A stretch of 52,661 bases of DNA, taken from NCBI GenBank assembly GCA_031835245.2, contig JAVKOQ020000098.1, forward strand, positions 124,001 to 176,661. The letters run 5' to 3'. This DNA is from Balamuthia mandrillaris (taxonomy: Eukaryota). The position numbers and the translations under genes are program-made. Below are positions 1 to 10,592 of this stretch, piece by piece (positions within the stretch are counted from its first letter, which is position 1; each line of letters begins with the position of its first letter). The notes beneath the pieces are model-generated. The model ran no database searches. It was not told the DNA's origin and saw nothing but the letters and a program-made list of their open reading frames with translations.

Positions 1-416
1 TTCAGCAATTATACCCTGAATACCCCTCAGCTTCCTGTCCCCCGTTCTGCTGATTTCCCTTGTGTGTCAGCAACAGGCAAGCCTTCGGCTAGCGCTTTTT
101 TCGAAAGCAAAGCAGACGGACCGACAGTCGAACGAAGCGACGCGGAATCTCCATATTAGGTCATAATGACATCAGGAATATTCTATATTTGGTAAAAAGA
201 GATATGCTGCTCGAAACGTGACCACGTCCAGCACAAACATAGGAATGCCTGGTATGATTGGAATGTTTTATTAAAGAAAAGAAAAGAAAAGAAAGAAAAC
301 TTCGTGAAAGAGAGGACCGATTCCGGCAATCCCCCACCACCACCACGCCACTTGAAACAGCGGGAGGGGGTCCCTTTTTTTTGGGTTTTGCTGACTGACC
401 ACGACAAGAGCACACA

Positions 417-3343
417 ATGAAAAATTGGGGCGGCTTCAAGTGGATCGAAACGGCCACGCAGACCATCAAAAACGTGGAAAAGAGCATCGACAAAGCCATT
501 GGCATTCCTGACGAAGAAGAGGACAGGAAAAGCCAAGGCCAAGGTTTGCCTCTTCTTTTTTCTTTGTTCTTTCCTTCCCCCTAGCTTACCCTTCTCTTTC
601 CACTCCAGCAGTGGAACCAGTGGTGGAGAGCTCTCGTCATGCTGCCACGGAGAACGGAGGGGCGCTCCCTCCGCCACTTGCCAAAGGCTCTCCCACCGTG
701 GAGAGACGACAGACAGGAGGAGAAGGAGGAGCTCCGTTGACGCCCCACTCTAACTCTGCTCCAGCCACTCCCATGAGAAACTCAAAACAACAGCAACAGA
801 AGAAGAAGACGGAGGATGCTCTTCCTTTGGAGGAGCTCTTAAATGGAGACTTATTGCCTTCCTATACACCTCCTAAACGGCCTCCTGCTGCTGCTGGTAG
901 TGGTAGCAGCCAACGCTCTAAGCCATCGAACAAGGCAGCAACAGCGGCTACACCACAACCAACCTCAACCACAACCCCAGAAACGCTTCCTGCCCCTGCT
1001 CCTGCTTCTTCCGTTCTTGCAGAAGATAACAATCCCATCCCTGTTGTAGCTTCGCCTACCTCATCACCATCACCCCTGCATCCGCATGAAGCTGGTTCAA
1101 CGGACGAAAGCTCATCTAAACAGGAGGAGGAAGGCAAAGAGACGGAGGCCCCTGCTTCTGGTTTTTTCATAGAACAGGGGGCAGAGCGGCATGAAGAACA
1201 ACCAGAGCCAACTCCGGAATATAGCAACGAAAGCCAACAACCTCCTACCAGTTCGCAGCACGATGAAAGCGGCAGGCAGCAGAACGAGGATAAGCAACAA
1301 GAAGATGAAGACAAAGAAGAGCAACAACAGGAAGAACGACTAAAACAAGAAGAACGAGAAGCTGATGATGTCGTTCCTGAACTTACTTCCACTATTGACT
1401 CAACAGAGCTGCCTCTAACTCAACCACTAGAACAAGCAATAACGCCGATATTAGAACAGCCATCGCCTGAATTATCCTCTGGTGATGCAATGCAACCTAC
1501 TCAATCGGTCATCGACGGCACTACTTTGCCATCTTCTGAAAATGCTTTTGAAAACATAGACCAAACTCAAATACCTACCACTGCCATGGAAGAAACAGAG
1601 CCACTTACGTCACTCCCTACTGATAAAACGGACGAAGGCAATGCAATAACTAACAGCAACGAACGTAAAAGCGAAGCTGTAACGGAAACTCAGAACGAGC
1701 CCAGTGTATCCGCCGTCGTTGAAGATGGTCGAAAAGCTGAAGAGAACGACCGGCGAGCAGTAGCATCCCCGGAAGGTTCCACTGATTTGCGAGTGATGGA
1801 ATTAACAAGTAAAATTCAGATGGTCACCATCATTCTAAAAGAAAGAGAACGTCAGCTGGAGGCTGCTGCTATGGCAAATGCTGCTCTCCAAGAATCCAAT
1901 CAAACTCTCAAGCGGTACGTATTTCCTCGTATTTATAGAGGGGACTTTTTTCTGAATCTCTCCTACCAGGAAACTGGAAGAAGCCGATGCTAACAAAACA
2001 CGAGGAGAAGAAGGGCAAGAGGCCTTAAAACGCGAGTTTAGTATTCGCTTAGGAACACTTGAGCGCAACTTGGCTGCTGTCGTCAAGGTTTGACTGCCCA
2101 CAATCTCTTTCTTTTCATATGTTTGACCATTTTGCATTTGGGACTCTAGGAACGCGATGCTCTGAAGAAGGTAGCGGATTCCAGCAGCAGCGCCAAACAG
2201 TCAGAATTGCAAGAAAAAGAACAAATAATAACCGAGCTTCGAGAAGAGGGTTTGTAGATAAGCAGTCTTTCACTGTTTCTGATTTTTTGCTGATTCCATA
2301 CACAAGGAGAAAAACTTGCAAAGAAGCAACTCACTTTAGAGAGTGTAGTCAAGAAACTCAGAAGCCAAATAAAGGAGGAAGAAGCCCTTAGCGCAAATCT
2401 TAAGCAACGTCTCCAAAACACGGAGGCTTTGCTTGAGACTAAAATCCAACGCATCAAAGAACTGGAGGCGTCATATGTTGATACTAAAGGTACAATTTCC
2501 TCCTTTCTTCTCTTATCTTTTTTGTCTCCCTTCTTCCTTTCTGGCATTTTTTTACCTCCATGTTTGTGTACATTAGAAAACATGGATAAGATGAAAGATT
2601 TATATGAAACTACGGCACGTCAACTGGAGGAGAAAACACGTAACTTTGAAGCAACAAAGCAAAAAACAACAGAATTAGAGGTAAAGTTCTCTCTCACACA
2701 CATTCGTTCTCCTCTTCTCTTCTCTCCTTCTGCCAACGAATGCTAAAAATCTCCCTTTGTAGGAACAAGTGGCAGAACTAAAGAAAGCCGCAGAACAGCA
2801 AAGAGAAGCAGCCACTGCGGTATCTTGGGAAGCCCAACAGCAAGCCAAAGATGAACTCAACAAGGCGAAGGCTGAGTTTGAGCAGACACTGAAGCAACAA
2901 AAAGAGGAGGCTACGGAGCAACAATCAGCTCTCATGCAAACCATACAACAGCTTCAAGCCAGCCTTTCGCGGCACAGCGATGAACAGAGCTGGCGAGAGG
3001 ATGAGCTACGCAAGGAAATCCACTCACTGCAGGAACGGTTACAAAGCGCAGAGGCGCGCAACGAAGAGCTTGCAGCTTCTGTACCAGAGACGACTCGCCC
3101 TTTGCTCCGACAGATTGAGGCATTGCGCGCTTCTAATGCAGCTCGTTCCCTGGCTTGGGATGATATTGAACGAAAGTAATAACTCCCTTTATTATTTTTG
3201 ATTTCTTTTGTCTAACAAACCAACAGCTTAACAGCCAGAATAAAAGAGGAAGAAGAAAGAGCCCACCTTGCTGAGCAGAGCGAACGCAAGGCGTTGGCTG
3301 CTCTCGAAGAAGCGGTACCTTCCCTCCGTCCCTCCCTCTCTCC

Positions 3344-3379
<36 letters not shown>

Positions 3380-4415
3380 TGCTCTATAAACGAGCATTTA
3401 TATTGACGCGAACATTAGAGGTCAAGAGTAAAGTGGTTGGAGTCAGCGCTTTCCACAGAAAGCAATACATCTGTTCGTCTATCAACGGAGGTTCAGTCTC
3501 TGCGGACTGCTGTAGAGGAAGCAAAGAAAGAAAAACAGGAAGTGCAAGCTCAGCTGCTCTCCCTTCAACAACAACACCAACAGTTGCGGAAGGAAAGAAA
3601 GCAAGTGGAGAGGGAATTACGCCTTCAGATGAAGGAAGAGGTGGAGGTGGAACGCGGCAAGTACGCACGTTTGGAGCAAATGCTGAAGGAGAAAGAAGAG
3701 CGGAGGATGAAGAAAGACCTCAACAATCTTCTTTCCTCGTCTTCTCCCTCCAACACTGGCAGCGTTTCTGCTCCTTCTTCTCCAATCACCACTTCTTTAT
3801 CACCATCGTTGCCATTATCATCTTCGAACGGCAACATTGGCAACAGCGGAGGAGCGGTAGGGTCATGGTCACCCAACAGCTTTAAGCTGTTGTCATCCAA
3901 CCTCCCTCCTTCCGCCATGATTGAAAAGCTTCAGTCAGCATTGCACCTTCGTGAAGGCGAAATCGCCAACCTGCAAGCCCAACTTCAATCCTATGCCAAA
4001 TCCAAATGTACGATTTCATCTCATCTCTGCCCCCATTGTCAAAAGACTAATTGATTTGTTGAAGTGGCTTTGGAGGATGAACTAGTAGCACTAACTGCTG
4101 CCAACGATGCCTTGTATCCTTTTGATTTTTACCTCTTCTCTCTCTCTCTCTCTCTCTCCTTTCCCATCTTATTCCATTGTTTTCTTTAACTTTCAAAAAA
4201 GAGCGGGAGAGAACAAGAGGCTATCAGCATTACCAGCACAACTGCAAGAGTTAGAGCAGCGCTATGCAACAGTCTTGGAAATGATGGGAGAGAAAACGGA
4301 ACAAGTGGAGGAGCTCAAACAAGACTTAGAAGACATGAAGGAACTGTATCGTGGCCAAATCACAGAACTTTTGGCTCGTATGGAGTCCTCTCAGCAACAG
4401 AAGCATCACTCATGA
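417..4415 (+). CDS. TMF1: TATA element modulatory factor / TMF1 golgin (multi-exon, coiled-coil)
   Basis: Exon 1 (417-543) encodes MKNWGGFKWIETATQTIKNVEKSIDKAIGI, resembling the TMF N-terminus, and splices in frame (544-608) to ORF 611. Internal RLQSAEARNEELAASVPETTRPLLRQIE and C-terminal LEQRYATVLEMMGEKTEQVEELKQDLEDMKELYRGQI match TMF1 conserved blocks. Stop at 4413-4415. Confidence 0.9.
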
Positions 4416-4487
4416 CACTCTGTACGTTTTTTCGGTTTTGTGTGAAAGAAAAAAAGAAAGAAAAAAGAAGGATAAAAAAGCCGTGTT

Positions 4488-5396
4488 TTACATGAAGAAA
4501 TACCACAAAACAAAAAGAAACAATACGACAAAGACCATACCGCCGTATACCAGCAGTTGGTCCATGAATTGCCGTCGCTCTATCACCCTCATGATGGAAC
4601 GAGATAGGTTTAGCGTGTTCGCCATGTCCAAAATCTTTCGGTGCGCGTTCTACGAAAATGGAAGACACACTGAGTGAACACAAAAAGAGAGAAGCAAAAA
4701 AAAGAAATGGAAGAAAAAAGCATAAGGAGAAGAGAGAAGAAGGAGAAGAAGAAGAAGAAGAATACCTTGAGAAGGTCGTTCTGCGTGCCTAGATTGTGAA
4801 GAATGGACTCTCCCATGTCTTTTATGTTGTCAGCGATATGGTGGGAGCGACCCAAAGACTCTTGCTCCTTGTACAGACTCTCAAGACCTGTCCCTACAGC
4901 CTTTTTACAGTAACAGGAGTACGTGTGCGTAAGAAGAGGGAAAAAAGGGAAGAGAAGAAGAGAGAAAAGGGAAAGAGAGAGGGAGCGAAGAAGCAAAGAC
5001 TCACCCTCCGCCGTCGGCCCTCAAACAACTCTCTTCTCTGTTCCTCTTCCACTGCTTTGACGTGTCTTTTCTGGAGGTAACTTCCCATAGACTCTCTCAA
5101 ATCACGACACTCCTCGGCCAAGCTTTGCACTCGTCTGCTCCCAACAGTGAGCAACAAAACAAAGACAAAAAAAACTCAGGAAGAACAGCGTACATCCGCC
5201 ATATTTCTCTGCGCATGGCAGCTTGCTGAGGGACCATGTTCTCCAGCTCGGTGGTAAACTTGGAGAGAGTGTTTATGTTGATGGAGATCTGGCTCTGCAG
5301 TCCCATGGAACTGTTTTCGCCCGCTCGCTCCAGCTGCTCCACCTGCGCACGCAGGTCTAACAAAACTTTGTTGGCCGCCTTGTATTTCTCTTCCAT
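4488..5396 (-). CDS. GOSR2: Golgi Qb-SNARE membrin/GS27/Bos1 (4 exons)
   Basis: Spliced product MEEKYKAANKVLLDLRAQVEQLE...EEEQRRELF...ESILHNLGTQNDLLK|NAHRKILDMANTLNLSRSIMRVIERRQFMDQLLVYGGMVFVVLFLFVLWYFFM* shows a Qb SNARE motif plus a C-terminal TM typical of membrin. Confidence 0.9.
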
Positions 5397-5525
5397 CACG
5401 TGTTTGTTTCTTCTGCCTACGGACTCAACAAGCTTCTCTGTGGTGGTGGGTGGGTGGTAGGTGGCCTTTTCGCTTTGCCTTCACTCTTTTCTCCCTTCTT
5501 CCTTTGCCGCAAGGCAGTGCTTTAC

Positions 5526-5699
5526 TGTCGACAGAAGTAGTGACGTGTCCCTCAACAGCGTGCTGAGGTGGCATTTGTCGACATTATCAGATTTTTCTGT
5601 CGACAACATGACTGAAAAGAAATGGCAAGGGAATAAAGGGCAACAAAAAGGTCCCTCCGCTTCCCCACTGGCTTTCAGCGGGAAAAATCAGTGTCGACA
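5526..5699. promoter_or_regulatory. Four copies of palindromic TGTCGACA in a divergent intergenic region
   Basis: Exact TGTCGACA at 5526, 5576, 5598 and 5692, between the membrin ATG (5396) and the repeat-protein ATG (6140). Regulatory role is inferred. Confidence 0.45.
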
Positions 5700-6054
5700 A
5701 GGACCACTGCCACACCAAACCATTGCGCGTTACTCACATGAGAGAATTTGACCTGCATTTCTGCAGGTTGCTCGCGCCGGGAAAAGGAAAAACGCCGAAA
5801 GAGAGAGAAAAGTGAGGGAAAGGGCATGTGGAGGTTACGCCGATTTCTCGATTGCCGTTCGATTGGTGGTGGTGGGGAAGGCCTAGTTCGAACCCTGGGA
5901 CGGCCCACCAATGGGAGGGCGCTTTCGGCAGGTTACCGGGCTACTTGGCACGATCCCCAGCTCTGATTTGAAACAAGAGGGGACGTGGGGGTGCAGGAAA
6001 GTTGCTGTCCTCTTTGCTGGAGATTTCCGTTCCTCAACTTTCAAAAGGATCGCT

Positions 6055-6063
6055 TATAAAAAG
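6055..6063 (+). promoter_or_regulatory. TATA box
   Basis: TATAAAAAG about 85 nt upstream of the ATG at 6140, with a pyrimidine-A initiator-like sequence about 30 nt downstream. Confidence 0.6.
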
Positions 6064-6139
6064 TGAACGCCACGTTCGGCAGTTACGTTCACCAGTCTCA
6101 CAGCATCAACAACAATCCTCAACAACACCACAATCCCCA

Positions 6140-6900
6140 ATGAAGGCAGTCTTTTGTGTATTGGCGCTGCTGGCCGTGACCATGGTCATGAGCGTGCAAG
6201 CCGGAGCTTACGACTATGCTCCCCCTCCCCCTGTGGTTACCTACGAGAAGCACGCGGAGGACATTAAGATGCCTGACATCTACTTCGAGGACGTTAAGTT
6301 GGGAGACATCAAGACCCCTGACCTCTACCCTGGCGACGTCAAAGTGCCTGACATTCACTTCAAGGACGTGAAGGTGCCTGACATCAAGCTTCCCAACGTG
6401 AAGGTGCCTGACGTCAGAATCCCTGGTACTTCCTCCTTTTATCGAATGCCCCTGGCTTTTGCAACAAGTTGAACTCACCTGGAAAATCTCATGCAGATAT
6501 CATGTTCCCTACCATCCGTATCCCTCCCATCAAGTTCCCCGAGATTCCTGGCCAAGTCATCGAACTTCCCCCCATCCCTGGCAAGAAGATCAAGTTGGAA
6601 GACCTCCATTTGGCGGAAGTCAAGGTTATTATTTCTCCCTTCATCCTGCTCCTTTGTACCAAGTCTAAACGCCACACGCTTACGTCGATGATGCATTGAC
6701 AATGATGTAAACAGGTACCCGACGTGAAGATCCCTGATGTGAAGGGACCCAATGTGAAGCTGCCCAACATTAAGATTCCCAACGTGAAGCTGCCCAATGT
6801 CAAGGTACCCGACGTGAAGATCCCTGACATCAAGTATGACTACGAGACTCCCAACGTGGTCTACCCCGAGCCTCCCAAATACGAACAACCCTACATGTAA
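6140..6900 (+). CDS. Secreted ~199-aa protein with [DN][VI]K[VLI]P pentapeptide repeats (exons 6140-6425, 6497-6624, 6715-6900)
   Basis: Signal peptide MKAVFCVLALLAVTMVMSVQA. Two GT-AG introns restore one frame. Repeats such as DVKVP DIKLP NVKVP NVKLP NIKIP; ends YDYETPNVVYPEPPKYEQPYM*. Strong C/G-ending codon bias. Confidence 0.85.
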
Positions 6901-7109
6901 GCATGTAGCCGGATAGCAGCAGCATGCTTTTCCGTTTCCAAAAGAAAAAAAAGGGGGGGGGGGGGGGGGCCTCTGCCTCTCTATTTTTTTTCCCTTTTGA
7001 ACATACAATTTTGATGGGGGAGGGGGCAGATTTTGTTGGTTGCCCACCTCCCCACCTCACCTCGCCCCCTTTTTTTTTTTGGCTCAAAGAAACTTCTTTT
7101 TTTAATTCA

Positions 7110-7125
7110 GATGCCCTCTCTTCCC

Positions 7126-7170
<45 letters not shown>

Positions 7171-7350
7171 CTGTCCTCTCTGCTCTCATCTCTCAATTCT
7201 CTTCCTCCTCTCTCCTCTCCTCTATGCTTTTATCTCTCTGCTCTCCTCTCTCCTCTCTCTTCTCTCATCTCTTCTCTGCTCTCTCTTCTCTTATCCCTTC
7301 TCCTCTCTTCTCTTCTCTTCTCTTCTCTTCTCTTCTCTTCTCTTCTCTCT
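7110..7350. repeat. Polypyrimidine (CT)n/(CTCTT)n tract
   Basis: Seen directly upstream of COG2. Confidence 0.9.
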
Positions 7351-7441
7351 ATCGCCCTGAGAGCGGATGACTCCCCAAGTCAAGCATTTCAACAAAGGGG
7401 TCAAAAATAACAAGAAGCAGTCTTGAAGAACGGAACTCGAA

Positions 7442-8677
7442 ATGGCAAGCAAGACAACGACAACAAGTAACGCTTCGCCTTCCTCCTCGTCTATGTCTCT
7501 TCTGGTAGATCCAAGCATGTTCAGTGGAGGGCAGTCCTCGTCCTACCAGCCACTCTGCTTTGCGCCAGAAGTATTTGGGGCGAACGGACGGGGAGGGTCC
7601 TCGTCGTCGACGAGCTTCGACGTGGATGAGTTTATTGGGGACTGTCGACGCAGAGTGCCACTGGAAAGCCTGCTCAACGACCTTCAAGAATACAGTGCCT
7701 CCCTCCAAAACGAACTGGTGGAGCTGATCAACAGGGACTACAAGTCCTTTGTGAACCTGTCGACCAACCTGGTAGGGTTGGAGCAGGTCCTCAAAAGCTT
7801 GCAGGAGCCGCTGCTCTCCATGCGTCATAGGGTGAAGGCGGTGAGGGACATGCTGGAGGCCTACGTCCAACAGTTTGACCACAAGTTGGCTCAGCGACAG
7901 CACCTCCTCCAACGGAAGGAGCGGTTGGAGCTGTTTGTCAACATCTTTGAGGCCATCTCCAAGATAGAGCGCTTGCTTCATATTTCGGAGGGAGAAATGG
8001 AGGAGCGTCCCTCTGCCCCTCTTCTTCCGACCTCTTCTTCAGCTGTCACTGCAGCTACAACACAACCACCAACAGCTTTAGCGAAGACGACGAAGACAAG
8101 TGAGGGCGGCAGCTCGGCCATTGCCGCTATTTTGTTGAACGCTGACGAGGAGACCAGCAAATTGGTGCAGCGCGTTGCCAACGAATTCAACCAACTCAAG
8201 TTTTATTTGAGCAATGCCTCCCATTATCCCTTTGTACAAGGCCTCTCCAAGGTTCTTCTCTCTGTCTCTCTGTTTTCACCGTTCTAAAACAGATAATGAC
8301 ATCTACTTGCCCGCAGAGGATTTTCTTTATAGAAAACAGCTTACAAGAGGGCATGCAACGATTGTTTACGGAGGGATTGAGCAGCAAAAACGAGGATATA
8401 GTGGCAAATTGCCTTCGCACCTACGCTGCTATTGACCGTGTGAAGGAAGCAGAGGAACTGTACCGAAAACACGTGGTTGAACCCTTTGTGCAGAAAGTTT
8501 GTTGCACTATTCTCTTTTTCAAATCTGCTATGAAGCTAAGTGACTCCTACGTTTATAGGTCGTAACGCCACAACACCTCGAAATGGGAAGACGAGGTTCA
8601 TGTGAGGGCTTGCCTTCCATTTATCATGATTTGTTACAATGGATTAACGAGGATTGCATGTTCGTTTCTTTTATTTT

Positions 8678-8716
<39 letters not shown>

Positions 8717-10500
8717 TCCTCACCCGAAAACTATGACTTTGAACAGGCTCGTATTGAGTATAACATATAAATCGCTGCGGGACTTTGATTTCCTTTGCAA
8801 TTCTATTTGGGAGGAGGTGGTCACTCGGATCGAGGCCACCATTCCTCGCATATTTTTGCCAGGCATTCCTGACTCCTTCCTGCAGGTATTTGTTAGCGTT
8901 TTTTGCCTTCTCTTGTTTGCATAAACCATATTAACTCACTGGTGTGGGTAATTCCTTAGAATTATTTGACTTCGATGGAATTCGTGAAAGGGATTCAAGA
9001 ACTTTGTTCCAGCAAACAGCATGTGGAAACTTTTAGAAAGCATCCTGCATTCCTTCGTTTCAACAAGAAATGGAACCTTCCCATTTATTTTCAATTACGG
9101 TAACTTCTTCATCTTTCGCTTTTCTCCAAACTTTGTCCCCCTTTTTTGTTTGTTTGTTTGTTTGTTTGTTTGTTTGTTTGTTATTTTTTTTTTTGGCTCC
9201 TGTTGAATGCGTTTGTCTTTTCAGATTTCAAGAAATAGCGAGCGCTTTTGAGGACTCTTTGTCTGCATCAGCCCTAAAGATAGACGGCGATGCAGCAAAT
9301 TCTGGTAGTATATCTTTTTTTAAAAGGCCTTTAAACTCTTCTCATCGATTATGACTTAAATTTCTTTTTCTAGGCGAGTTTGTAATGTCATGCACCACTT
9401 CGCTCTGGCAAAGTCTGGGAAAATGTTGGATGCAAGGCATATACGTGCCAGCATTGTCTCATCGATTTTACAAGCTATCGCTGCAGTTGTTGGCTCGCTA
9501 CAAGACATGGTTGGAGGAGATTATCTCAACGGCGAACGCACAACAGCTTCCTGCTTCAACAGAAAGTCAGCCAGCTGACACCGAGCAGTATATCTACCAC
9601 CACTATGATGCTGAACGCCTGCTTGAAAAAGTAAACATTTGCCCCTCGTTGTCCTGTTTTTTTTTTTTTTTGTTTTTTTTTAACACTGCTTAATAACAAC
9701 AGTTGCCAGGGGAGTATTTTGTCGTGGTTATGAACGCTAATTCCCATCTGCCAGCCGAGCTTTTTGAAGCAATGAAAGGTGAGCAACTTCGTTCGATGAA
9801 TACACCAACGCCAACCTTCAAATGATTGTTAACCTTAATACATACAGAGGGCTATGAGGAAGGAATGGGTGAAGTACGAGGCCTGCTGCCTCAACTGGCC
9901 TCTTTGGTGCAGGGTAGCATTATTTCCAAGTGCGAACACGGCCTGCAGCCTCTTAAGGGCATCACACAAACCTATCGCTTAACCAACAAACCGGTTCCCA
10001 CAAAACACTCCTACTATGTTTCCAACATATTACGTCCACTAGACACATTCCTCAAAGCTCACTCTGCTCACTTGCCTCAACGGCACGTCAAAAGCGAGTG
10101 GTGCCGTAATGTTCTTACTGCTGTGGCTGCCCAGTACGCAATACGTCTTTTTCCTTTCTTTCCTCTCTCTTTTTTCTTCTATGTTACTCTGCTAATCCGG
10201 CTATTCTTTTGCAAAAGGTACAAAGAAATGGCGGTGGAACTATTACAAACATCCCACAAAACTGAGTACTTCTTGAAAAGGTATTCCCAAAAGCAACGCA
10301 AGCAAGAAGCATCCGCTCCAGACAGCATGTCCGATACGGACAAAATAGCTCTTCAACTGCTGCTGGACGTGCAAGAGTTTGGCCGGTTATTCTGTCAAAG
10401 CTATGGTGCGTTCGGCGTCACCCTCGATTTACCTGCCTACCAAGACCTACTTTCTGCTGTGTCCTCGACTGCCAAAGCTTCCTCCCAGCAAGATAGTTGA
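7442..10500 (+). CDS. COG2: Conserved oligomeric Golgi complex subunit 2 (multi-exon)
   Basis: PLCF...FDVDEFIGDCRRRVPLESLLNDLQEY...LVELINRDYKSFVNLSTNLVG (COG2 N-terminal signature), WNLPIYFQLRFQEIA, YRLTNKPVPT, and C-terminal MSDTDKIALQLLLDV. Confidence 0.93.
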
Positions 10501-10592
10501 GAGAGAGAGGGGGAGAGAGAGAGCTAGGAAGATTAGGAGGAGGCATCAGTACTGTACAGGTAACAAGAAAAACAGAGATCACAACTCAAAAA

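Noticed and set aside
5676..5790. E2F-like GCGGGAAA-type sites (also TTTCGCC near 14510)
   Set aside because: Short motifs expected by chance; no supporting evidence from sequence alone.
5853..5910. Functional tRNA gene
   Set aside because: No room for D and anticodon arms, and the T-stem has two mismatches; kept only as a low-interest relic.
6830..7518. ORFs between the repeat gene and COG2
   Set aside because: Low-complexity homopolymer and (CT)n sequence with no coding signal.
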